From positions 3,720,001 to 3,784,000 of the forward strand of contig OZ176051.1 in assembly GCA_964247055.1 (NCBI GenBank): 64,000 nucleotides of DNA. Direction: 5' to 3'. The position numbers and the translations under genes were made by a program. Source of the stretch: Paragordius varius. Lineage: Eukaryota; Animalia; Nematomorpha. A model generated the notes under the pieces. That model made no database searches. It was not told the origin of the DNA and saw only the letters and a list, made by a program, of their open reading frames with translations. Within the stretch, counting starts at the first letter, position 1; the number at the start of each line of letters is the position of its first letter. Positions 1 to 15,123 of the stretch are shown here, piece after piece.

Positions 1-452
1 TGTTTTGCTATCATATAAAACTACATCTGGGCACGGTTTCTTATACATATTGAATTTTGTGGTATATATTTTTATAGTTTTTATATAATAATAATAATAT
101 ATACTATATATTTATACAGTATATATTTATAAATTTCCATTTATATTTTTTATGGTAATGTATACAATAAATGCCATAACATCTAACTTTGAAACGATAT
201 TTTAATTTAAAGCACTTCGAATTTTTTTTATATATTATGTTTTATATAACTCATTTAGATATTCCCCAACATATTCGGCGTGCGCCTGATTTATTTAAAT
301 ATCCATCAGCTAAAACCCAAACATTATCACCTCACTTTCGTCATTTAACGAAGCGGTTTGCCCGAGCTTTCAAACGATTTGTTAAAGCCAATTCATACAA
401 TTTAGTTGGAAAACGTGCGTCAATTTTGTACAATAAGTTTGCGGCTGCTAAA

Positions 453-3416
453 ATGAATGTTTTAACCAGCGGTGAAAATAATTCAGGCTTTTCATATATG
501 TATAACGGCGCCCAATACAGTAATGAAAGACAAACGTCTCAATTTCATTCTACGACAAATAATAATTTTGGTAACAATCACTATCCAACATACCCAAATT
601 CCGCCAATTCTAACTTTCCTACGCTACAAAATCAATATTCTACCCAGCCGAATGCATACGATGCCATGGGGTTTTACGATTCAAATTATCATAATAACTC
701 AAATTTTAATAATTCTTCAAACATGCCTACTCCCCCCGTTCCTTCCTATCAAAATCAGAGATATTATGGTGGTTCTTTTGTTAAATCTGGATATAACAAC
801 AATCTAAATAATAGTTATCAAGCTACACCTAAATCGAGTTATAATTTTTGATTCAATTATAATTATTTTTTGTTTTTATTGTTTTAGGTGGTTAATTAAT
901 GATTTATTTAAATCCAATTTGACTTTTTTATTTAAGATCGATTAGGCTCACATTTTACAACCAGAACCGGACAATATTTTTTTCTTTGAAATATGGTAAG
1001 AATTTTATAAATAATCTTTAAAGTTTTGTATATGCCGATAGCGTAGATTAATCAAAAATATATGTTTATATAACGATATCCATATCTTAAACATGATATT
1101 CAAATGCTTTTTATAGGCGCACTAATCAACAATTCTTCCCTAATTCAATTAACGAACCCAGGTCCAAAAAACGGTCCTGACGGAGTTCCAGAATACACTA
1201 TTAATGATCCAGTTTTTAAGGCTTTGAATGACGAAGTTGTTAAGCGACTTGTTCCAAACACCGCTGGTTTTGGTTTCAACAATGATAAATCCTCTATGGG
1301 CAAGGTTAAATTATCGCGACAGGAGAAAACGCAGTATGAAAAATACATATTTTATAAAAAAAATTAGTTTAATTTTGAAATTAAAAGGATTTTTTTTCTA
1401 AATTTTTTTTAAAAAACTTGTGTGCCTTACCAATATATAAGAATTTTATTCGCTATTAATCTATATATTATTTTTAGCTAATATAGGGGCTCCATAAGAC
1501 ATATAAACCGTTAAGTTTGTTGAAAAATGCTTTCTACTTTTAACGATTATAACTTAAAAACGAAAAGGTGGATGATTATCAGCATAAGCTAATTAGTTAA
1601 AAGGGCTGTTTATTTAAAAAAATCTTGCTGTGGGTTTACAACTGTATTAAATACTTTATTGGTTTCCATGAAATGTTTAAAATTAAAAAATTAATGGATT
1701 TTTTGTCATTTGTCGAAATATTACTCTTGAGGGTGTAAAATAAAGATGCATTTAAATGGATTAGTTAGCTGGCAAATAAACATACCTTGAGCACAATATA
1801 CCTCAATGTTTGTTAAATAAAAGATAACACGCAAAAAGTTTTGATCTAACATCTTTAAATATTACAACCACAAACGCTGGAATTTTCTTCAAAAAAAAAA
1901 CAGAAAGTTGCAGTTAAAACAATCCTAATTAACCATCTAAAAAATCTAAATATTACCTTGGTCATGAAGGTAGGCTTCTAAGGGTGATATATTAATGTTT
2001 TTATTTTACAAAATCAAAAAAGGACCCATAAATTTAAAAGGTGTTGAGCTGGCAAAGTAACCTACTAGTAAAATTTTTTGTGTTCATAAACAATTTCAAT
2101 CTAAATATTTCACCGCTTTACCGTATATTTAAAACAAAAAATTTTTTTTTAATATAATTAAATAACATTTAATTTGTAGTATTTTGGTGAATCGTTTATA
2201 TTTGCATGTTAAAAGCGCTACAATTTTTAACATGGTTAATGGTAATTATACGAATCCAATTTGACACGCATTAGTAAATTACTGTCCATTGTATTTATGA
2301 GAGCATTTCATCAGTTATAACTGCGTTATAACTGCTCTTTCTTTCACTCTATCATTTAGCTTGCGGTTTTTGACCTTATATCAACCACATTTAATTATTA
2401 ATGAATACATAAAATAAAATCACATAACATTTCAAATTACATTATAGATTTAGCGGTACTAGTTAGTCAATTTAATCTTTGACAAAAGCTGAATACAATA
2501 TTAATATTATGGATGAAAAATAAAGGGAGGAGGGCATCATTATAAATTTCATGAATGTCCTGATAAGCCTAATCTGTGATTTTAGTATATTACTAATTTA
2601 GTGTGTTTAGGTCAATGTACTAATCCATTTTTTTGATCAAAGTAAAATCTACTACTGTGGGGTCTTTATTACATAATTAATCTGATCTGCATTCACCACA
2701 TTAAGATAAATAAATTAAAGTCAATAATTTACAAAGGAAAAATATACCAGCACACAAGAGTAGATTTTGCTTAAAATTTATTTTAAAGCATGTATTGAGA
2801 TGAATATACTCTCTACATATTGATTGGTTGTGTCGTCCAATAATTACATATATAATTTTAAAAATGGAAATATGAACGAACTCTCTCTCTACATTAAGCA
2901 GATTAAAAATTTTAAGTAATCCATCCATATTGTAATAACCAGTCAATTATCAGTGTTTATCTATAACTTTTATCACTTAATTATCTATATATATGGTATG
3001 ATGATGTCAAAATTATTTATATCAATAGTTAATTGGATATATTTAATTTCAATCTATGATTCACATTACTTAGAAAAAAATATGATATGTCCTTTGTGTT
3101 TTATTAACTAAAACAGGGGTGTTTTCAACACAAATAGCTTCGCGGGCCGTATTTATGACTCAAAATTGACAGGCAGCATTAAATTTATATATGGGCATTC
3201 ATAAGAAATTTATTACATTTCAAACATAAAAACTGTAAAATGCAAAGACAATATAGTATTTTTTTCTAGTTCTTGCCAATAGGATAAACTAATTTGTTTA
3301 GGATATATCAATTTTTTTAACATTTCATATGCATATTTTTATAATTTATGGATTAGCAAATTTCTCGCGGTCCGCACATAAATGTTGGCCACCCCTGAAC
3401 TAAATTATACCTTAAA

Positions 3417-3458
<42 letters not shown>

Positions 3459-5804
3459 AAAAAAATGCAAAATCTATAATTGATATATATTTAATGAAAT
3501 ATATATTAAATAGAAAATTTCGTCATTTACGGGCCACTCATGTATGTGAACCGTGTGGAGGTAAATTTTTGACACCCCAATTATATCAGGCCCATTTGAA
3601 AACTGATAAACATGCTCAACGATTGGAAGCATATCAATCTGCACTTAATGCTATTGCAGAGGGTATTTGCTTTTTATTTTGGTCTATAATTAGGCATATT
3701 AGTAATTTAATTTAGTTTTTTTTTGTTCTTTGATAGATAGATTTTATGGGAAAATAACTTTGCTGAGAGGGTTTGGTTTTTTTTCCTAATTAGCATTTAG
3801 AAATTTATTTGGGTACATTATTAATTTGAACTAAGTTTTTTTTTGTTTTTCAATAACTTTATTTATTTTATGGAAAAAAACCCAATGTCTGAGGGTTTTT
3901 AATAAGTATTTGAGAATTCTAATTTGGTGTATTATTTAATTTAAAATAAATATTTTTTAATTTTTATGGGATAGTAGTTTTGACAATGTGCCCTTTTTAA
4001 TATGTTGTCATTTTTTAACGATAAATAAATCAAATATAAGTATAAAATTGGAAAATATTAGATCTGTAATTGTCAAATGACCAATAATTTTCAAATTATA
4101 TTATAAATGCACCACCCTATTAAAATAGTCAAATTGCTTGTTCACTGAAGCTTAAATTTTTGCCAAATCTAATTATCTTGCCAGACCCCGTATTTATGTA
4201 CTATCAATTTTTTGGGTTTTTTTTTAAATTTTCTTAGGCTACTTATTTTTTGAATAAATTAATTGTTGATTTCTCTAAAGTATTGCATAGTTTAATGTTT
4301 TATCATTTATATTATAGGTTCAATTTTGAAGGTGGAAAGTAATGGGCTAAATCTTCAAATGTATTGTGAACCATGTAAATTGCATTTGAATTCTGTCATA
4401 CAATACGAGGTTCACGTTAAAGGTAATATTTAATTTTATAAGCCATATTTTCAAATCAATAAAAATTAAAAATATCTTTGTTTCTAATGTAAAAACTTAT
4501 ATTAATAAATTTAGTTTAGTTTCTAATGTATACGTATATCGTCTTTCCATAAAATTTGAAATTTGTTTTACAAAATAGGTATTTATCATTTTATTCGATG
4601 TTAGGATCTAAGCACATTAAAATGGTAAAAAATGCTGAGTTAGCAAAAGAGGGAAAACCCATAAATGACCAACAAACTAAAGTTAACTCACAACCAGAGG
4701 ATGGAAAAATTTTCGAACAAAATAACAATCAACAAAATGGTTTATTTTATTTGGATATTAATTTTTTAAAATGTAAAATATTTATGTCAATTAAATCACT
4801 GTTTAAATTTTTTTGCCATACATAATAAATATTTTAACAATAATGGGTGAATATTTACCTTACTATGTTTCTCAATATGTGTTTTGTTTTATTAATTAAT
4901 TGTTTTGACTTTTAATTGGATAATATTATGATATATAGCAATAGTAAATCAAAACATTTATGAACAAATGCAACCAGCAATGGAAAAGGCGGGGGAAAGT
5001 CAGATTGGTTTTGAACAAAATTTACCTTTTATAATGCCAAAAGTAATTTCCACTAAAATTTTTTTCCATATATTAAACAAATTTTGTAAATAATCTGTGA
5101 TCATAATTAAATTTTAATTTATTGGTATAGAAAAACTTTGTTGATTCTAATCAAACACCCTTTTATTGTAACAGTTGCTGCCTTCCCTTGAACTCTGCAA
5201 CGCAATATGAACAGGTATATAAAACTTTTTAAATATAATTTTTGAATACAATAATTCGAATTCACATACATACCTTAAAATTTGCGCATACTATGGTTTA
5301 TTAAAAGTGTTTTATATAAATTATTGTTAAATTTGTTTTTATCGGGGAGAACTATATTGTAATTTGACCGGCTTATATTTTAATTTTTTTGTGAAACAAA
5401 AAATGAAATTTTTGAAATATTGCTCATAAATTGGGTAATTTATTATTTTTTTCCGCACAAATCGAATAAAATCTTTGTAAACCATTTTTTTGTAAATACC
5501 TATATAAAAAATTTTAACAAAGAACCTTTTTGTGTTTGCCCAATTTTTCGCTTAAAAAGGATATAGGCAAGTAATATTAATTTCTGATTTATGGTTTGAG
5601 TATCATTTTCACATGTTTATTAACATAATAATTCATATATTGATTATGCTTTTTTAGCACATTGGAAGTAGGAAGCATATTAATCGAGCCAAAATGTTTC
5701 AAGGTATATCTCAACAAATGTCTGAAGAGTCAAATAATGAACCGATCGTTGAAGAAAATACCATGTTAAATATGGTAAGCTTAGAGGGCCAAAGTGAAAT
5801 GTAG
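453..5804 (+). CDS. Multi-exon matrin/U1-type C2H2 zinc-finger protein (ZMAT3/ZNF385/ZNF346-like) with an Asn/Tyr-rich N-terminus
   Basis: Three spliced CxxC-x12-H-x5-H fingers: VCEPCGGKFLTPQLYQAHLKTDKH (about 3540-3615), YCEPCKLHLNSVIQYEVHVK|GSKH (4365-4421 plus 4606 onward) and YCNSCCLPLNSATQYEQ|HIGSRKH (5165-5214 plus 5658 onward). GT-AG boundaries; TAG at 5802-5804. The start could be ATG 237 or 453, and the join from the first ORF (ends 851) to the next exons could not be resolved by hand. Confidence 0.8.
3114..3397. mobile_element. hAT (Charlie/Buster-like) MITE in an intron of the zinc-finger gene
   Basis: Ends CAGGGGTG...CAAC / GTTGGCCACCCCTG; near-identical 8-bp flanks AACTAAAA / AACTAAAT. 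Same family as 21426-21706, in the opposite orientation. Confidence 0.75.
3420..3453. repeat. (TA)n microsatellite
   Basis: Uninterrupted TA run; similar runs near 6268-6286, 33855-33891 and 50975-50991. Confidence 0.9.
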
Positions 5805-6437
5805 ACCAACATTTTTTCACGTTTAGGGGGAATTACATATGCTTTTTTGTAATTTGTTTTATAGATAATGTTTCAATATTTTGATTAATTAATTACATAT
5901 TTAAATATATTATTGATGTGATTTTGTATTGTATATTATTTTTTTGTCAACTATACATTTATACAATTGAAAGTATAGGACACGTTAAAAGTATAGCAGT
6001 TAAAACATTATATTAAACGGTCATTCAAAATTTTAAACTTAAAAGACTGACTTTGTAATAAAGGCATGGTGTTAACTTTATATAAATAATTTACAGTCTA
6101 TGCGTTTTAAATTTGACTCTTTATGAAAAATGTTTAAAACTTCTTTTACTTTTCACGTTTTAAATTTTCAATATATTTACTAAACAATTCTTTAAGTTCA
6201 TAATTTCAGTTTGTTTTGTATACAATACATTCAATTCATTTTTATATGTTCATTGGCAAATAAATAATATATATATATATATATATACTTCTATTATTTC
6301 AAGGTGTGATTAATAGAATGAATATGATATTTTAATAAGCCTTGCTGGTTTAATATTTATAAAAAAAATGTAATTACATATAATAAATAATTTATTTATA
6401 TAAATTTTTTATAAACTTTAATTAAATAAATATATAA

Positions 6438-9400
6438 TTAATTTTCACCACCAGAGTCATCTGAACTTGTTAGATTAGCCGAAACATTTGTTAAATCTTT
6501 GATGCTTTCAAAGTATTCTCGAATTTCTGACAAAGTTGCTCCATTTTCTAACATTAAAAAGTATATCAAAAGTTTTAAAAATTTAAACGTTATATTTAAA
6601 ATAATCAGAAACCTTCCATTTTATTCATGTGTCTTAAAGCTTTTTCAATTTCAGTAATGCGGGATTTATGTTTAGAGTAAATTTTTTTGATTGTATCAAT
6701 AGATTTTTTAGTATTTTGTATACGGATGTTGGTTGGTATATCTTTATCTATAAAAGAAACAATGTTAAACATACATATAGTGAATTAATCTTATCAAGCA
6801 TTTTTTAAACAATGTTTTAAAATAAAAAGAATATTTGATTATTATGCGAATATTATTTTTATTCCTGCTTTCATAAATATTATATTAATTTGTGTTTAAT
6901 AATCACTTCCCCGTAAATGTTTGACGACTAAATACTACGACCTCTTTTTGCTAAAAAATAATATTTAATTAGAAAAACAATAAACATGAGTAATGTTTCT
7001 CTACCCTCACTAATGTTAAAAAATTGAATTGGTTCTAATGTTTGAATAAACTATTCACAATAAAAAATAAACATAAACGCAATGATATCGATTCGGAAAA
7101 AAATTGAGCTAAATTTTAAACAGTGAAATTGGGTTAGCAATTTTATGTTACAATTCAATTGCAATTTTTTTTCTTAAAAAATCAGCATGGTTTCATAAAA
7201 CCTTTTTTTAAAATTAATAAGCATACAATACCTTGTAAAGGCGTAACAAAATCGAGCGGGCAAACATAATCACAAGGAACGTCGTGTATAAGAGGCTGTG
7301 ACGATACATTGGTTAATGTTGGAATTGAGATTGATTGAAAAACACCACAAGTTGTTGATACATCTAAAGTATTATATCCAAAAATTTAATTAATATATTG
7401 TGTGTTTTCGGCGTAATTAGATCAACAAAAAAATATAAATTAAATTTTCTTTGCAAATATTTGATAATTCCCTTAATATATGCTTGGCAATCAATAATCA
7501 GATATCAGGGTTCAAAATTAGGTGCAAATTTTACACTTTAGACCAAAAATACCAACATTTAAAAATTTTAAGGTCAAAATTTTTCAAACTATTGTTTTGT
7601 TAATTTTCATGATTTGGTAAAACAAAGTTAAATAGAATCATTATTTTATTCATTGTAAAATCAGGATACAAATTACTATATAATGTATATGCTGGTTCCA
7701 ATTAACACAGAAACTTCTTTTGTTTGACAAATATAACCGTTTCATAAATTAAAACAATTTCTTGCGATTCTAACTAGAGGTGGCTTAGTCAAAACATTAT
7801 TTATATTAATTTTTATGAAATTATTTAGGTAGTACAACATAATTTTACTCATTTTGGAATCATGGGAGGTTTTCTTTTTACCCAAAACTGGAGCTAAATT
7901 TGGTATTAAGGGCGGTGTTTGATTTGGAGATTTCTTTAATATCTGATGTTCAAGTAAACTTAAAGATGTTATGGATGATGAATCAATATAAGCCGTCGAG
8001 AGATGATTATTATTAATCTCTGACATGAGTTCTAAAAAGATTTTTTAAGTCAAAATATTTAAAAATATCGTAATTTTATAAAATAATAAATAAAATTCAC
8101 CTTCTTTTGTCGATAACAAACTCAATCCGTCCATTTTTTCAGACTCCGCCTATAATTAATATTATATGGTAAAGAATACTTTTTCAATTTCAGATTTAAT
8201 GTTGACCGTTTTTCTATAATTTTTATATTAAAAAATATACTTATTTTCTTCGGATATACTAGTGGATAATCCAAATTTTATATCGATAGCCTATTTTAAT
8301 TATATAAGGTAAAAAAACTTCATCTTGAATATTTTCATTTGATACTAAATCCTCGGTTCTTGCCATTTCATTAAAGGTTTCCTTTAACACTAAACACCAT
8401 ATAAAATAATTTAATTTTTTTTTAATGAAATAATTAAATTTATTAGTATACCTTTAACATGTTTTTTCTTAGCTTCAAGTCTTCTACTAGATCGGGTTGA
8501 ATTATTCTATGATATAAATATGTTTGATATATAACTTTATATTTCATTAGTATTTGGTAATAATGGTAAAATTAATAGAATGCTCTAAAATGTTAAAATT
8601 TAAATAATGTTCAAATAACAACACGTATATATATACTTCTTTATCTGCATGTGGTTGAAACATGGGACTTTTGCTAAAGACTGGAGACAATAAAACATCT
8701 AAAATAATAAAGATAGAAAATTAATGGAAATAAAAAATAAGTCTATTTTTGTTTCTGATAAACATATCATGATTTTATTATATTTACCCCGTCAAAAATT
8801 AAAAAGGTATGACATAACTTACGATTATAACCAAAAATAGGGTTGGCTCTATTTAAAAATCAGGAAAATGCGTGGTTTAAATGAGCTGATATTACAAAGA
8901 GGTCATCAAAGATGCAGGGAGAAAGATTTTTAGAAATACTACATACTATTTTCTATACCTTTTCTCAAGCGTTGTCCATCCTCTTTCCCCAATAATGATT
9001 GCGGCGTATTATGGATTTGATTGGGTTCTTCGGAATCTGAACTGCTGGCTCCCCCAGTCAAATTATCCGTTGATGAGATTGACGAAAGGGAGGAATTATC
9101 ATCTAATGCATGTTCTTCATCAATAGTATCATTATATCCTGGTTTTAAACCAGAAATCCCTAAAGAGTGAAATGTAAAAGACACCATAGATTATTTTATA
9201 GCGATTTTTTGGCCTTTACCAGGGGAAAAACGTATGAAAAACAAAACTGGAAAACAAAATTTTGACTCTAAATATAATATTTATTTGTAAAAAAATATCG
9301 TTAATTATATACATAATATTTCAACAATATATGGCATACTTGAAGATTTTCGTTTGGATTCGTCAGAGGTTGATTTTACCACAGATTTTTTTTCCGTTTT

Positions 9401-12400
9401 CACGGAATCTAAAAACATTATATTCATCAACAATAAAGATTAAAATGATCAAGTAATTTTTTTGAAAAAATTTTAGGAATATTAACCTTCTTTAGGGCGC
9501 CTACTAGACTTGTCATATGTGGTAAAATTGAGTGGTGGACCAAATCTTGATGGTGAGACATCCTTTATAATCAAAATTATCACATTAAATATTCTCGGTT
9601 TACAAAATTTATATATGATATATTAAAGCGATTTCATATACAAAAACATAACCAAATATATAAAATATAAAATTGCAAGTAAAAGTAATAACTTCAAATC
9701 CCTATTGACCTTTATTTAAAAATTGATTTCAAATAATAATTATTATTTCAAATTTGTTCATTACGAGGAATTTTAAAATATGGATAACCTAGTTAGTTTG
9801 TGTAAAGTTGCACTCTGCTTTAAACCAGTTCCAACCTTTTTTTGTTCTAGCTCCACTAAATTGAAAATAAAAATTATTGTGCCCACCTCTCCAAAAAAAT
9901 CCACGATAAAAATGTATAATTTATTATATCATATTATAAAAATTTCGATCAATGAAATTGTATTTGAAATTATTGAAATATTTTTTCATATCGGTGACAT
10001 TTTTGATAATTTACACTTGAACTCCTTCAATTCGTTTCTGTTTTTGTTTTTAATTAAATTCTCCAAATTTTTCGCGCCCCCCTGTTGGGAACCACTGTTT
10101 TAAACAAAATTTCACTTTTATACCTTAGATTAAAATGGACAAAGTTAGTGCATAATGATCAGAAAAAATTAATTAATTTATAAAAGCGGTTTATTAAAAA
10201 AAATTTATTCAAGGGTCATTTAAAAACCAATATAAAAATCTATAAACCTTATTATCAGTAGTTTTTACACCGTTACTTTCTTTTTTATTCTCAGATTTAT
10301 CAATCGTGGTAGTTGTCTGAGTTTGAGACGATATTAAAGCAGGGATTTTCTTACGTTTTGGTATTTTATAAGAACTATCTACGAGGTGCATTGATGAAGT
10401 AGGGACATTATTAATACCGCTAATCGTAATGGTAGAATTACTATTTTGACCCAGTAAAGTAGGACTTGGTATTAAATCAATAATATCATTATTTGTAGAG
10501 GAATAATTACTATTTACAATTGGCATATTTGATGATTGTGAAAATGATTGATTCGTTGGATAAGGTGATATAACATGGTGTGGAGAAGGTTTAACTTGAA
10601 GTTCTGATGTGCATTTAAAAAAAAATGTTTGATCAAATGTAATAAATGAAAAATGGTAACGGAACGAATTTGTGATTCAAATTTTTTGAAAAATCAATTC
10701 TATTTTTTAATTTATATTGAAATAAAGACAGTTTTATTTATAGTCTAATTATATATTCTATACAATATAAACGATCATTTTACCTTTAGCAAAAAATGTT
10801 GGTGATTTTTGAGTATTAGGTGTTGTGGGAGTTTCCAACTTATTTGGTACTGTCGTATTATCTAAGTTCTGTAAATATAAATTTTTAATAAAAAAATATT
10901 TATTTCATGATATTTTTAAAAAATTCCTCATCTCATGTAAATATTAATGTAGGACATTATATTTTACAATTATTTTATAAAAATATTCCAAACTTTTTCT
11001 GCGTTTGATATTGTTGTTCCCTTCAAGCCTTTAGTTTCGGCCTGATCGCAAATGATGGCATTTTTATCGAATTTAAATTCTTTATCTGTCGAATTAGCGT
11101 TGTATTCTTCAAAGTTTAACAAATACCTAATTAAACAATAAAAGATTTATTACTCCTGAAATCTAAAATCAATGCGTTTTTCTACAACATTTATATCCAT
11201 GTAAAACTTTAAAATAATTATGTGAATTATATTCGAAACTTTTCAAAATCAATGAAGTTGGTAAAAATCATAAATTTTATAAAGAATTTCGATTCCCAAG
11301 ATCAAAAGTTTATTTTTTGATTAACACGTTACGGATAAAAATTTAAGTAATAATATAATATATATATAGGAAACGTTAGTGTGCATCGTATGAAAATAAC
11401 TGATTTTTTTGAAATCGGCTTACTTAAAGCCTAAAAGGTCCAAAATGTGAGGGACCTTAAATATAAATAAATATATTCCAATAAATTTCATTGTAAGAAA
11501 AACATTTTTTCACAATTAAATATTCTTATGTATCGCCATACTTTTTGTAAAACCCTTGAACACGTTTAGTAATCATAGATTTGGGCCAATCGCATTGCTT
11601 AAAAATGCCGGCTTTAGAGCACACATCCATCCATTTATCATTATACGTTACCTGTTTAATCACAAAATTTTACCCTTAATATATAAAACATATAAATTAT
11701 CCAATAATTGAATTTACCAAAAATATAGTTTATGGTATATGTATGTTTAAATTTTTTTATAAAAAAACCTTTTTATAAGCGCCCATTGATAAAACAATGT
11801 GATACAATTTGTACAGGTTAACATCCATAGAACCAATACTGGGTAATTTGTTTAATGGTGTACCTAACCAAAAATAATCAGTAAAGTCAATAAATTTGGA
11901 AACATAAAACTAATAATTCTGATAAAATACTTTACGGATTTGGAAAAATCCGTTCGTGAATTTAAACATAAACATTGACATATTAAAATCAAAAAAGATG
12001 CCACTTTTTTCAAACCGAAAGAGCGGATACAAAAATTGTTTTTATATACAATGACAAACTTTAATTTTTATCTTCTTTTCATAGGAAATATAAGTCTTTA
12101 AAACTTATCAGAGATAATTAGCATTGTATTTTGTAATTTTTATTTTTAATGACATTATTTCCATTGTTCTTTTGATCACTAAAAAAGGTCAAATAACCAA
12201 AAAATAATAAAATAACCAAATGGGTATTATTTTAAAACCTTTTTTAAAAAATCTTTTCGAAACCGTTAACAAAAACGGTTCCAATCTATAATTGATATGT
12301 GCCATTTAAAATAATTTGGCATAGAAATACCCCTCACCTCTATCCTCCATAAATTTCATTAAACATGCCACAAAATGATCTCGTTTTTCTTGTTCTATTA

Positions 12401-15123
12401 CGTTAGGAGTTGGAGTTGGGGCATTTAAGACTTCTGCATTATCGTTATTAGTGTTTATGATACTTTCCGAAACATTTTCAATCATTTCTAAGGCACCTAA
12501 ATTTGATGATGCGTTTGCATTAGCGGTAAAAACTTCATTTTCCGTTAAGTTTTTGGAAACAACCAATGAAACATTTGTAGCTGTTATAGGACCAAGAACC
12601 AAATCAAACGGTGTTTGAGATCTTTCTCGTTTGGCCCGAGGAGAAAAAACTTTAGCGCCTGTTTTTTCAATGTTGGTATGGGTAGTGGGCATATCAGATT
12701 TAGCTGTTAAATGTCAAAAATTGTAGGTTGGTAATTTATGGTGTTACATGTAAAATATTTTGGAAAAAATAGGGTTTTCTGCTAAAAAACAGAATTCATT
12801 AATACAACAAAAACAAAAGAGTTTATATCTATTAATATTATTATACTCTTTGGGTTTGCAAAATACAAATTTGCTCCTAAGCCCTGCAAAGTTTAAAATT
12901 AAGATATAAAATTCTGAGGAAAAGTTTAATAATTAAAAAAATCCTAAATCCAACTTTATACAAAAAATCTTAAATAAGTAAATTTTAATAGACTTTTTTA
13001 TCCCGAATGTATATTTTTAGGAATAATATTTTTTACAATTTTATACTCACTCGATTTAAGTTTAGGAGTGAGAGTGCTTAAATCATCCACAGGTTTATTT
13101 TCATCTTGTTGTGTTGTGTCCATCATCATTTTTTTTCGTTTTTTAGTTGTTAAGGAACTACCAGCTACAATATTTTTAGCATTTGTCAACGATAATAATA
13201 TGTTATTATCTTTTGAAGGCTTGTTTAAGGTATCATTATCAGTCGTATCACTAACATCTTCGCTAGATAGTGTTAATGAAACTTTCAGGCCGCTTAATTT
13301 ATTTGGTGTTTTTGCCACAGTGTTATTACCCGTATCTCCACCCAATATATCAATATTCGTATCATACACTGTATTATTTCTTAAGTTTGGTTTATTTGTT
13401 GTGCTTGTATTTGATGGGGCTTCACCTATTTTTATCACATATGTACAATAGGAGATTTACATCGCCAGGATGCATATACATCAAAGATAATTATTATAAA
13501 CTGATAGCTAGTAAAAGCAAAAAATAATAATTTTTAAATCAATAATATTTCCTTTTGCTATACAAACTATCTGGCAGTATTAAATAAAAAACAAGGATCT
13601 ATACTCACATGGTAAAATTACATATAAACTTTTTAAATTTAAATTTTGATCAAATTTACTTGAAATTTCGGTGGGTTTCCGTTTTCTACCAGATTTTTCA
13701 TCATTAATTTTGATTCCACTTTTAGGGGTTTTTCCTTTCTCAACTCCAACCGATTGAATATTCTTTTTAGCTGAAAATATAAAATAAAATATAAATTTGA
13801 AGTTGTTTAATTAGCCACAATTTAATATATTTATAAATTAAGTGGCTATAAAGAATGAAAACAAAATTTTCAAATTGTTAGTTGAGCAATATTTGCCATA
13901 ATTTATAGTTAATTTAAAAAGCTTTTATTCAATAAAAAACACTTACAATGGGCGATGTCATCTTTGGATTTTTTGTCGGTTATCTAAATGATTAATTAAA
14001 TAATTAGAATATATTCAAAAAATTGCTCCCAAAGAAATTAAAAACATTAAGAATTTATTTATATTCTATAAATTATTTTCAAATTCACATCCAATAATCA
14101 GTTATACTATATCATATTTGCTTACCAACTCACGATTTTTGTTTTCAGATGTATTTTCTTTTGATTTTTTATATTTGAGTGGATCTGATTTGCTTTTTCT
14201 ATTCAGAAACATATTAATTACTAGTATATAACATGTATGCATAGATAATAAATATTTGAAAACTAAAATCTAGCTAATATAAAACATATCGCATATTAAT
14301 GCATTATACTGTGATATACATATATTTATATCAAATATAAAAAAATAACCATAACCAATAACAACGGTAATCTTGATAAAACAAAACCCAATTTCAATTT
14401 AAAAAATTAAATTAGGGATTTTTTTTAAAAAAATAATATTATTATTAACTCAACTTAGAGTTAAAATTACAGAAATTAAGTAGTTTTTAAGATAATAAAT
14501 TTAAAATATTATTATTAAATACTTTTCCCTTAATTCACTACCACTCTCGTCGTCTGATATTTCAATTTTCTCTTTCGAATGCTTTTTAGCGCTCACAACA
14601 GGTGTGCTAAACAGTTCTGGATTCGTAAGAGGTAATTTATCCAAAGTCTAGAGGTATATTATTTAAAATTTAGTACCTGACTTTCTTGAAAATGTTTTTG
14701 GCCTTTAAGGCAAATAAGATTTCTTTTTAAAACTCTTATATCGCCGTCATCAAATTCTAAAAGTGATTTAAATAAAATAATTATACCGACGGTATATGTG
14801 CTTCCATCTAATATTTTTAAGACCTTTGCATTATAATAATGATTATTTAATTGGGGATGTTTAGCTTTAACAATACTTCCAATCTAACATAGAGTTTAAA
14901 AAATAATACCGTTAAATTATCTGTTGTAATATCATCATCGGATATTTGATAAACATTGTTTTGAGGAGAATTAAGAAACAAAACCTAGGAGATTATAGGG
15001 CAAGCTTACTTTACATTTAACTGATTTTACAACTTTTTTGATTGTTGCTTCGCAAAATGCTCCTTTAAATTTCGCACTTACCTCAGTCCCGATTTTTAAA
15101 AAGACAGGCTCCTCAGCGTTCAT
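6438..15123 (-). CDS. ARID4: ARID4 (RBBP1-like) chromatin protein, about 20 exons
   Basis: N-terminus [30 protein letters not shown] and [26 protein letters not shown]|[17 protein letters not shown] match the ARID4A/B double Tudor. ARID domain [16 protein letters not shown]|[20 protein letters not shown]...KAGIF...FYKK|YLLNFEEY at about 11070-12390. C-terminal coiled coil [32 protein letters not shown] at 6438-6440. Confidence 0.92.
9826..10097. mobile_element. hAT MITE in an ARID4 intron
   Basis: Right end GTTGGGAACCACTG (reverse complement CAGTGGTTCCCAAC); degraded left end CAGTTCCAACC; 8-bp flanks CTTTAAAC / TTTTAAAC. Confidence 0.7.

Noticed and set aside
2080-2946. Minus-strand ORF 2701-2946 and nearby GC-richer patches in the zinc-finger intron, as a nested gene or snoRNA
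   Set aside because: No consistent splice chain, no clear C/D or H/ACA boxes, no known motif.
9780-10103. 107-aa plus-strand ORF inside ARID4
   Set aside because: Coincides with the hAT MITE 9826-10097; not a gene.
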